Assembly (NCBI RefSeq): GCF_006345805.1
Contig: NC_043013.1
Location: forward strand, 8,246,001-8,310,000
Origin: Octopus sinensis
Lineage: Eukaryota
Direction of reading: 5' to 3'
DNA: 64,000 nt
The notes beneath the pieces are model-generated. The model worked only from the letters and a program-made list of their open reading frames with translations. It searched no databases and had not been told where the DNA came from. Below, piece by piece: positions 53,121 through 64,000 of the stretch. Position 1 is the stretch's first letter. Every line of letters begins with the position of its first letter. Position numbers and translations under genes: made by a program.

Positions 53121-53609
53121 GTCCACTACCAATCCTGCTACTATCCTGATCCATCAACCTCTCCACTCATAAACCCCCGCTCCCCTGCCATTGTCGTCCC
53201 CACTTTAATTGTCACACAACTTTCACTTTATCTGTTGACCCCATGCCATTTTATTTCACTACCCCACTGCCAAAAAAGCAAAAAAAAAAAAGGAAAAATT
53301 AAAGGATAAAAAATTTCACCATAAAACTAATGACCACCACTACTACCACTGTGGCTACTATTTCCATAATAACCAGCATGTTTACAGAGACAGCATAAGC
53401 ATGCCGCCACAGTTACCATAAAGATTTCCCTATTGTTCTCTGCAAGGTGAAGGCATGGCTGTGTGGTCAAGAAGCTTGTTTCTCAACCATATGGGCTTGG
53501 GTTCAATCTCACTGTGCAGTACCTTGAGATGATGCCTTCTACTATTGCTGACGAGAGCCTTATGAATGAATTTGGAAAATAGAAACTAAAAGAAGCCCAT
53601 CTCTCTGTC

Positions 53610-53657
<48 letters not shown>

Positions 53658-54267
53658 TCTCGCATACACACACACATCTATCTATTTATATCAATGTTTG
53701 TTTTTATGTTTAGTTATAATAAGGATTTTACATTTATCTGATGGGTTACTCTATAGTTTTGTAGGGTACAAATTTGGCTTAGCAAGCTGATACTTCGAAG
53801 TCACTGTCAACAATATTCTTGTATAAGAATAATAAATATCTACTTATCTATCTACTTATCTATCAATATGTGCATGCGTGCGTGTGTGTGTGTGTGTGTG
53901 TGCATGAACATACCATTGTCTTGATGTCATGTGATGGTTGTAAATGAACATCACTGTCATACAAGTGGGGTTGTTTGTTTCTAGTCTTCAGCGAAAAACA
54001 TGTCTAGCAAGGAGGGAAATATTACCTTGCTTGAAAACAAGTGAAGGTTGTTGACAGGAAGGGCATCTAGCTATAGAAAATCTGCTTTAGCAAATTCTGT
54101 CTAGCCCATGCTAGCGTGGAAAAGTGGACATTAAAATGGTGATTCTCCCCACCTCATTGTCACTTCAGATCCCCACTGCCCGACTGTAATTATTATCATA
54201 GCTTGCTTATGAACCACATGGTTCTGGGTTCAGTCCCACTGCGTGGCACCTTGGGCAAGTGTACATA

Positions 54268-54668
54268 GGCGTAGGAGTGGCTGTGTGGTAAGTAGCTTGC
54301 TTACCAACCTCATAGTCCCGGGTTCAGTCCCACTGCATGGCACCTTGGGCAAGTGTCTTCTACTATAGCTTCGAACTGACCAAAGCCTTGTGAGTGGATA
54401 TGGTAGATGGGAACTGAAAGAAGCCCATCGTATATATGTATATATATATGTGTATGTGCGTATATGTTTGTGTTTGTCCCCCCATATCACTTGACAACCG
54501 ATGTGGTGTGTTTATGTCCCCATAACTTAGCAGTTCGGCAAAAGAGACCAATAGAATAAGTACTAGGCTTACAAAGAATAAGTTCTAGGGGGCGATTTGT
54601 TCGACTGAAGGTGGTGCTCCAGCATGGCCATAGTCAAATGACTGAAACAAGTAAAAGAGTAAAAGAGA
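54268..54668 (+). mobile_element. SINE family A, full length (preceded by a head fragment at 54200-54261)
   Basis: Family A sequence. Confidence 0.9.
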
Positions 54669-54682
54669 ATATACCACTAGAC

Positions 54683-55710
54683 CAGTGATTCTCAACTATT
54701 TTTTGCCTATGGACATCTTGGAGGTGTGTGGCTTAGTGGTTAGGGTGTTGGACTCATGATCGTAAGATTGTGCTTTCAATTCCTGGACTGGGTGACGCGT
54801 TATGTTCTTGAGCAAAACACTACATTTCATGTTGCTCCAGTCCACTCACCTGTCAAAAATGAGTAATCCTACAATGGATTGGCGTCATGTACAGAAGGGT
54901 AAATATATGCCCTGAAAATCAGGAAACTGGCCTATATGAGTTGGTATGAATCAAGGAGGAATCTTTACCTTTACCTTACCTATGGACCCCTTGTGGTTCC
55001 TATTTTACTGAAATGGACCCTCATAGGTATTCGATGTTTAAAAAAATCCTATTACATTTTCATAACTAAATATTATTAGTAATGGACAGTTGTGTAAAGA
55101 AGTGCCGATCTCTGTAGAGGGAACCTGTGGTAGAGGTAGACCCAGGAAGACATGGGATGAGCTGGTGAAGCAGATCTTTGAAATTTGGGCCTCGCAGAGG
55201 CAATGGCTAGTGACTGAGTCCTTTGGTGATATGCTGTGCTTGAGAAGATCCATCAAGCCAAGCGAAATCACGGTTGTGGCTGATACTGAAGTCACGTAAC
55301 TGGCACCCATGCTGGTGGCACGTAAAAGGCACCTTTCAAGCGTTGGACCTCACAGAGGCAAAGTGGCCAATGCCAGTGGCATGTGAAAAGCACCTTTTGA
55401 ATGTTGGGCCTCATGGAGGCAATGATGAATGACCAAGACCTTTGGAATTATGCTGCGCTTGGGAAGAAGACCCATCAAAGCAAGTAGAATCGCAGTTATG
55501 GCAGGTGTCAGGTATCACAGGTGTCACACAAATGGCACCTGTGATGGTGGCATGTAAAAGCACCCATTATGCTGTCGGAGTAGTTGTCATTAGGAAGGGC
55601 ATCCAGCCGTAGAAACCATGCCAAATCAGACTGGAGTCTGGTGCAGCCTTCCAGCTTGCAAGCCCTGATCAAACCGTCCAACTCATGCCAGCATGGACAA
55701 CGGACGTTAA

Positions 55711-55743
<33 letters not shown>

Positions 55744-55823
55744 CAATGTATTGCCCTTGAATTTTAACAAAAAATCTTATGTGGAACCCCAAGGGCCTTA
55801 TGAACCCTGATTGAGATCCACTG
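54683..55823. mobile_element. hAT/Charlie-like MITE with two nested retroelements
   Basis: TIRs cagtgattctcaa / ttgagatccactg; exact 8-bp TSD cactagac (54675-54682, 55824-55831); older uninterrupted copy at about 44343-44600. Confidence 0.88.
55082..55741 (+). mobile_element. 5'-truncated RTE LINE: ORF C-terminus, 3' UTR and (GAT)n tail
   Basis: VEGTCGRGRPRKTWDELVK, then a UTR ending taggaagggcatccagcc...ggacgttaaatgatgatgat. This ties the many short tail copies to RTE. Confidence 0.85.
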
Positions 55824-56900
55824 CACTAGACTATCTTAAGTAATAGCATAGTTAGTGGTGGTGGTGGTGGTGGTGGGGAGGATGGTAGTTATGGCAGTGG
55901 TGTGTTGGCAGTGTTGTAGTGATAATGGTGATAGTATTGGCATGGTGGTGGTGTCCTGGTGGTTGTAGCAATAGTAGTTGTGGGCTGTGGTGGTAGCATT
56001 TCTTTAAGATAAAGTAAGAAATATTAGATGGTGTACTGTGCATAACAGAGGACGGGAGAGTTGTGAATGGAACACTTTTTGATCATAGATCTGCTCACTC
56101 AAGCCTGATCTCTGGTTAAAATTAAAAAAATAACTAACAAAAATGATGAAACAAAAAAAAAAACAAGAACCTGTTGTTTCTTTTTATGAACTAAGAAAAA
56201 TAGTGCTTTCATGTAGTTGTAAATGAATGAGTGTCGTTTCGTTAAAAGATCTTAAATTATTAAATTCTTGACATAAAATCAAAAGAAAAAGAAATTTAAT
56301 TTAAATTTATTGTATTTGATCTTTTCAATATGATATCTTGGCATTTCACATCAATTGTGGAATGAAAGAATAAAAATGACAGTCAGGAATATGAAAATAA
56401 TCAAGAGTCTTTTACGTTCTCCCAAGAGACGTCATTTAGCTCTGGTTTAAAACAACTGTTACTTTTGACAGTGTCAATACACTGATGGTATACTGTATCG
56501 GGCTAAGTCTTACACAACCATTTTGGAAGATTCCATTTGTGGCCTCACCTTAGATAGATAGACTAACCCTTTAACATTCAGATTACTCTGTCAAATGCAT
56601 TGCTTATTTATTCAGATTGTTTTGAATTAATCATGCATTAGCTCATAGCCTCAAAATCTTGATGGTGTGATTGTATATTTTTAAAATGACACTGTAAGGT
56701 AGGTGTGAAAGGCCTGATCTGGCCAGTTTGAACATAAAACTGGTAGAATATTTGGGCTGGATATGACTGGTTTAAATGCCAATGGGTTAGTGTTGAAATA
56801 TCAAACACATTTGGCTTTTCTGGCCAGATTAACCCTTTTGATACCAACCCACCTGAAACCGCCATTGGTTCTATGATACAAATTCCCAGTATTGCTATTT

Positions 56901-57313
56901 AGGCACAGGAGTGGCTATGTGGTAAGTAGCTTCCTTACCAACCACATGGTTCCGGGTTCAGTCCCACTGCGTGGCACCTTGGGCAAGTGTCTTCTACTGT
57001 AGCCTTGGGTCAACCAAAGCCTTGTGAGTGGATTTGGTAGACAAAAACTGAAAGAAGCCCGTCGTATATATGTATATATATATGTATGTGTGCGTATGTG
57101 TTTGTGTGTCTGTATTTGTCCCACCCCTAACATCGCTTGACAACCGATGCTGGTGTGTTTACATCCCCGTAACTTAGAGGTTTGGCAAGAGAGTCCGATA
57201 GAATAAGTACTAGGCTTACAAAGAATAAGTCCTGAAGTCAATTTGGTCGAATAAAAGCGGTGCTCCAGCATGGCCACAGTCAAATGACTGAAACAAGTAA
57301 AAGAGTAAAAGAG
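56901..57313 (+). mobile_element. SINE family A, full length
   Basis: Family A. Further partial or old copies near 3445, 6420, 7763, 10061, 13322, 13842, 21490, 32200, 38113, 43911, 45080, 59380, 60302. Confidence 0.9.
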
Positions 57314-58465
57314 TATTTAAGATATCTAAACCAGGCTGATCTGCCGGTCCTGTTGTTAGAAGGCAGTAGGGGTTTGCTCCCCCGCTTGCAGTATATCGGA
57401 TGCAGGTTGCACCATTAACCAGCTCTAGGAAATATCTTCTTGGGGTTAAAAATTGCAGTAATGTCTGTTCCTACGGAATAGCCACATTGAGTGGCAACAA
57501 ACATTACTTGCCTGTACATAGAACTTGGTGCAATCCTCTGACTTGTTGGTTGGGTAATATAGTCGTGGCTGGAATGTCTGTGGCCATAGGTCTGTTGAAT
57601 CAGGTTTGACCTGGAGTTAAACAACAGCATCAACAAAAGTACAACACATAGCATGAGAGACATTTGAACATTTGGTGGTGGTGTAGACGGTAGTGGGGAT
57701 ATTTCATTGATATTCATCACTACCATGACCATCACCATCAACATCACAACAACAATAACACTACCTTGGTTACTATCTGTACCAAGATATTACAGCACGT
57801 GAGACTGTCAACTAGAAAAACACTTATCTCTCTTAGACTCTGTGAAATCACTTTCCTAAGCAACAAAACCAAAGAACAACAGAACTTTTCTACAGAATCA
57901 GTTTCCTTGTTAGTGATATGGCATTGGTATCTGCCATTCATTGGTCAATTCTAAAGAACCTTTTCACTTATCATTCTATTTTTGTTTCTATTTCTTTTTT
58001 CTTTTTAACCGATTCTATTAGTTTTAGCTTTTCCTGCAGTGCCTGTGGACTTTTTATTGCACCATTCTGCTGTTTATAGCGATTTAAATTACCACTCTCA
58101 TAGTCCAAAATCTATCAATTGCTTCTTTCTCTTTTTTTCCCATTTTCTTATCAAAAAGTCAATGATAAGGCAACAATGCCAAACTGGATCTTTTATGGCG
58201 ATTCAATTATTCCTTTCTGCAGAGAAACTGTAGAATCTTTGACCGTTTTGGTTTGAGATCGGCAGTAAAATGTTTCCCATATATTTACTTTGAGTTTGGC
58301 AGAAAAATTCGTTTTAGCATCCAAATGATTTTGTTATGTAAACTTGGTAGTGATCTATATGTTGTGACTTATTATATTCATCATCTACTCAATGACTCTA
58401 TCTTTTCAAACGGAACAAACCTGTTATGAATAGATTTTGAAAAATACATTTTTTTTTGCTTTCAG

Positions 58466-58542
58466 TTTCTCCCAAGAAAGTTAAGGAGGTTATGCAAGAA
58501 TTTAGTCCCAATGGAGTCCTTTCAAGGTACAATCCTGATCAG
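58466..58542 (+). CDS. DGK: Type I diacylglycerol kinase, internal coding exon (N-terminal RVH/DAG_kinase_N domain)
   Basis: Acceptor ttttttttgctttcag and donor CAG|gtaagc; 77 nt, phase 1 to 0. Encodes (F)SPKKVKEVMQEFSPNGVLSRYNPDQ, resembling recalled DGK-beta [24 protein letters not shown]. Confidence 0.92.
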
Positions 58543-58791
58543 GTAAGCTCAACAATTTCTTCTTCTTCTTCTTCTCCTCCTCCTCCTCCTCCTCCTCCTC
58601 CTCCTCCTCCTCTCCTCCTCCTCCTCCTCCTCCTCCTCCTCTTTCCCCTCCACCCCTCATCCACTTCCACCTTCTCCTCCTCTTCTTCTTCTTCTTCTCC
58701 TCCTTCCCCTCCACCCCTCCTCCTCTTCCACCTTCTCCTCTTCTTCTTCTTCTACTTCCTCTTCTTCTCATTATTATTATTATTATTATTA

Positions 58792-59352
58792 TTGAGTGAG
58801 AGAGCAGTTCATGCCATCAAAGTGACACTGGGTTAAAATATACGAAACCCAATATACCCATCATGACTACTCGTCTGATAAGGGTACACCAGGCACATGC
58901 ATCACAACCATATGTGTGCGACATGGTGATCTCATATCAAGATAAACAGCACATGACCTTGCAGGTGGGGCCCAGTTAGAATTTTCTTCAGGCTGAGTAG
59001 CCCATCCCACTCAAAAGGTCCCTGAATAAGGGTTGTTTAAGGATGTTGAAAGAACCACCCATGTTTCCAGAGGTGAATTATTCAAACCCCAAAGAATCCC
59101 TCTCAACACATGGCTATGATGCTCCCCCACTACTTCTGCTCATGATCAGAGATGCACATATCGTCAGCCACTAAGGGACATGCTCAACTGGTTAAGGTCA
59201 AACAACTGACAAGTAAATCTGTGGTATTGAGCAGAATATTTGCTGTAGCCCATCTTTTATACCAAGACAAAACAATGTACATGATAACACTTCCAATCAG
59301 TTAAGATCAGAAGCCATGAGAGCCACTGCCTGGTACTGCATCAGGGCATTTA
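58792..59352. mobile_element. Unclassified young interspersed repeat next to (TTA)n tracts
   Basis: 59034-59352 is nearly identical to 62967-63285. Confidence 0.8.
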
Positions 59353-60533
59353 TTATTATTATTTTTTTTTTCTTCTTCTTTCAAATTTTCCACTCACAAA
59401 GTTTTGGTTGTCCTGAGGTTATAGTAGAACACACTTACCCATGGTGTCACGCAGTGTGACTGAACCCAGAGCCATGTGGTTGGGAAGCAAGCTTCTTAAC
59501 ACTCGGACATGCCTGCTTGCGTAGATCTGATGTACTACAGTTAGGTAATTGAAGAATATTTATTTGAGTTGCCTAGCGATAGACCATCACATTCTTATAA
59601 TGGCAGTAGTGGATGAGATTGGGTGATGAGCATGCTGTTCTAAAATTATGTGATTAAATGATTCAGCTGTGACATTGATCTAATTAAGTGACGATGTAAA
59701 CATTTCCTTCATTACAATACCTTCGTTAATTTTACACCCCACCCATCCCCAATCCCAACATAGGCAGATGAGGATTACTAGAAACAATTTATAAACCTAT
59801 AAACAGCTTCTACCCAACTTGAAGCTCGTTATATTTCATTAATTTTGTAAGATTTCAGTTCCAAGATATCAATTAGTGACCTTCATTTTTAATTGGATTC
59901 TAAAACACATGGTGAGTTTCATTTGAATGGCGCCATATAGTTTGCTGACAGGGGTTTTGGTTGTTATATCAAGTATGCAATAGAAATTAGAGATTTCTCC
60001 AATCACCGATACTTCTCTCAACACACAATGTCAACCCGTTTCGAAACTCACCGTTCTACAAGTAACCTTAGGGGTTTAATTCTTAAAAGGTCATTTGATG
60101 ACATTCTTTTGTATGTTTCCTTTCAACTGTCAACACTTGTGAAAATATAACTGGAAGCTGCAAATGGTTTCTGTTTGTAGAGATAAGAATTGTATGGGTT
60201 CAGTAAAATAAGGCTTCAGTGAAGCAAGTATTGGGATAAACCTCTTTATTATCAAGGATTTAAAAAAAAAAATACAGGTAAATAAATTTAATCAGTAGTC
60301 CCAGGTGTGGCTGTGTGGTAAGAAGTTCGCATCCCAACCACATTGTTCCAGCTTCAGTCCCATTGTGTAGCACTTTGGACAAGTGTCTTCTACTATAGCC
60401 TTGGGCTTTGTGAGTGAATTTGATAGACGGAGACTGAAAGAAGCCCTTTGTATATTTGTGTGTGTGTGTGTGTGAGCAAAGGTGAGTGACTTGGCAGTTA
60501 TGGTATTCAGCTCACAATTCTATAGATATACAA

Positions 60534-60571
<38 letters not shown>

Positions 60572-61424
60572 GAAGAGCTCCGCTCGAAATGTCAAACCCT
60601 CCTTCTTCCCTGAGCGTCCAATAATACTTTATTTGTTCCACATCCTTGCATTGTTGTCTTTTTGTTTTCTTGTTTGGATTAACTTTATATATATATATAT
60701 ATATATAACAATTTAATAAATAAAACATATGCATACATACATACATATATGTACATACCTACATCTATATGTATATATACATGCATATATGGGTACAGGA
60801 CACCACAAATAAACGTAGAACACAACGAGAAACGAAAACATAAAATCAAACAAGGAAACAGTCTTTTTTTAACAACGAAAAAACAGAGTACAAGACAAAC
60901 AATACAAGGAACATTCCCCTTCTTCAGCTGCCCCTGTTTCGACTCAATGCGTGTTTCGACACATGTATAGGGGTAGTTTTAAAATATGTTCAAAAGAAGT
61001 GGACTAAATCATAAGATCATAGTAGATCTAACAGCTGACTGATTGATATCTAGCAGGTATGACATTGCCCGCCTACTGAAATTACTGAATAGCTGATCTA
61101 ACAATATAGAACTGCTATTTAAATCATAAATGAGTTCTATAAGACAGGTTTAACTAGTTTATGTAGTTTGTCTTTAAGTATTTGGTTGGCTTTCTCTGGG
61201 TGTGGTGTTGCTGGAGAAGTTGATGGTGGGGGAAGAATGGAGCTCTTAGTGATGTTGGTGAAATATCACAATAAGATTTAATCAGATTTTAAAATATGTT
61301 CAAATTATTTTATCCTTTTGTTCTTTTACATTGGACTCTGGCCATTCTGGGGGTCCAGTTTTAAGACTTTGATTCATCATATTACTCTTAAGAAGTCTTG
61401 TATTGGTGTGTATATATATATATA

Positions 61425-61945
<521 letters not shown>

Positions 61946-61991
61946 ATATATAGATACATATATATACATACATATATATACACACACATAT

Positions 61992-62706
61992 AGGGCAAAT
62001 AAGAAAATGGAGATGATAATCAATCAATGAACATCAGCCTGTAGACATTCATTTATATTTAGTTATTAATTGATTGCAATCATGTGTATAAGTAATTAAA
62101 ATAAACAAATGGAAATAAGTAAATAAACAAGTAAATAAATAGATAAATGAAAATAAACAAATGAATAAAAAATAAATGAGTGAAAAAATATTTTCTTACA
62201 GCTGTTTCTGTTATGGGGTTTTTTCCCCCATTTATTCTTAGTCATTTGCTTATTTTCATTTATCTATTTATTTAATTGTTTATTTACTTATTTCCATTTG
62301 TTTATTTTGATTACTTATACATATGACTGCAATCAATTAATAAATAGAGTGGTTGGCGTTAGGAAGGGCATCCAGCCGTAGAAACACTGCCAGGTCTAAC
62401 TGGGCATGACGAAGCCTTCCAGCTTCACAGACCCCAGTTGAACTGTCCAACCCATGCTAGCATGGAAAGCGGATGCTAAATGATGATGATGATGATATAA
62501 ATGAATTTCTACAGGCTGATGTTTGTTGATTGATTATCCTCTCCATTTTCTTATTTGTCTTATAAATTCTGGGTAAATTTCTGTTTTACCCCCACTCATA
62601 CCTAGTATTCACTTGTGATACTGCCCTGCAATAGTAAGCACTTGGATGTAAATAGTAGTATATTGGATATTTATTATCCCTTAGATGGTTGCATAACCTC
62701 TAACTC
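61992..62706 (+). mobile_element. Fold-back element with a half hammerhead (GAAACAGCTGTA, minus strand), right arm interrupted by an RTE tail
   Basis: Arm 61992-62172 vs 62230-62346 + 62497-62560; RTE 3' tail inserted at 62347-62495; ttacagctgtttc near 62196-62208. Confidence 0.65.
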
Positions 62707-63364
62707 ATACATACATACATAGTGAGAATTTACAAAAAAAAACATGTTGGTGCCAAGCACCTGTAACCTCATATCCTTACTTATGGTATAGTAGCCAGGC
62801 GGCGAGCTGGCGGAAATGTTAGCATGCTGGACGAAATGCTAAGCGGTATTTCGTCTGCCGCTCCGTTCTGAGTTCAAATTCCGCCGAGGTCGACTTTACC
62901 TTTCATCCTTTCGGGGTCGATAAATTAAGTACCAGTTACACACTGGGGTCGATATAATCGATATAATTGTTTAAGGATGTTGAACGAACCACCCCTGTTT
63001 CCAAAGGTGAATTATCCAAACCTTCAAGAATTCCTTTCAACACATGGCTATGACGCTCCCCCACTACTTCTGCTCATGATCAGAGATGCACATATCGTCA
63101 GCCACTAAGGGACATGCTCAACTGGTTAAGGTCATACAACTGACAAGCAAATCTGTGGTATTGAGCAGAATATTTGCTGTAGCCCATCTTTTATACCAAG
63201 ACAAAACAATGTACATGATAACACTTCCAATCAGTTAAGATCAGAAGCCATGAGAGCTACTGCCTGGTACTGAATCAGGGCATTTATAATTATCATCATC
63301 ATCATCATCAACATCATCATCATTATTACTACTATTATTATTATCATCATCATTATCATCATTG

Positions 63365-63398
<34 letters not shown>

Positions 63399-63472
63399 TA
63401 TTATTATACCAAAGAAAACTGCTTTTATAAATAATATTTGTTTACATTTTCTTTTTTTTTTGTCTTTTCTAG

Positions 63473-63578
63473 CCAATCGACTATGAAGGATTTTTGATAT
63501 TTATGCAGACGTACTTAGACATGAAAGAGGCTCCTGAAGAACTATGCAAAGCTCTATTTCAGTCCTTTATGAAATCAG
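63473..63578 (+). CDS. DGK: Type I diacylglycerol kinase, internal coding exon (N-terminal RVH/DAG_kinase_N domain); gene continues beyond the window
   Basis: Acceptor ttttttttgtcttttctag and donor CAG|gtaaaa; 106 nt, phase 0 to 1. Encodes PIDYEGFLIFMQTYLDMKEAPEELCKALFQSFMKS, resembling recalled DGK-beta [31 protein letters not shown]. Confidence 0.92.
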
Positions 63579-64000
63579 GTAAAAGTAGCTTACGAGATGA
63601 ACTTTGCTTTGAGTATTCACCCATGTGTCTACATGTCTTGATTGATAGCAATTTAAATATTTATTTCCCTTTAGAAATATAAAGCATTTTGACTAATTTG
63701 AGGTTCAGACCTCTTCGGTGATCTTTCTAGAGATTGTATTTCTAAATGTACTTCTAAATGTACTTTATGAGAACAGTTGATTATTGGTTTTGATATTGGT
63801 TTCTTTTATTGGCATGAAGTGTCCTTAGAGAAAGTTGAATCAAAGATTTAAATGTACTTGGATAACTAGAGATTGAAGGCTATGGACAGTTCTGGGAGGA
63901 TCGGTGGAATTAGTGGATAATTTCTGTTAATTAGTAGAATGATTAGTGTTGAAGATGGATATAATGATAGCATGATGGCTATTGTAGATTAAGACTAATG

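Noticed and set aside
58040-58233. Extra DGK exon after the cttttcctgcag acceptor (VPVDFLLHH...)
   Set aside because: Phase-compatible, but runs to a stop with no convincing donor and no DGK similarity; exons 1 and 2 already join seamlessly.

Overview
Eukaryotic, AT-rich, microsatellite-saturated genomic DNA. The SINE repertoire and the (TA)n/(AAT)n/(CAT)n density point to an octopus or other cephalopod (inference). Nearly all ORFs in the supplied track are microsatellite or SINE artefacts. The one host gene I can support is the 5' part of a type I diacylglycerol kinase (DGK alpha/beta/gamma-like, + strand). Three small exons (32069-32132, 58466-58542, 63473-63578) splice in frame to MAMQWQKLSPAQFHQLQEYCNFSPKKVKEVMQEFSPNGVLSRYNPDQPIDYEGFLIFMQTYLDMKEAPEELCKALFQSFMKS. 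A candidate in-frame hydrophobic cassette or alternative first exon lies at 49752-49853. The rest is transposon debris: at least three tRNA-derived SINE families, RTE-LINE fragments and 3' tails, an internally deleted mariner, piggyBac-like and hAT-like MITEs, and two Penelope-like (GIY-YIG) fragments. The most striking unexplained structure is a set of short elements, mostly inside (TA)n tracts, that carry minimal hammerhead-ribozyme motifs and/or a Penelope-type fold-back (an inverted, tail-less copy at the 5' end). One is a tRNA-headed, hammerhead-tailed SINE inserted as a head-to-head dimer with a 16-bp TSD just downstream of the first DGK coding exon.
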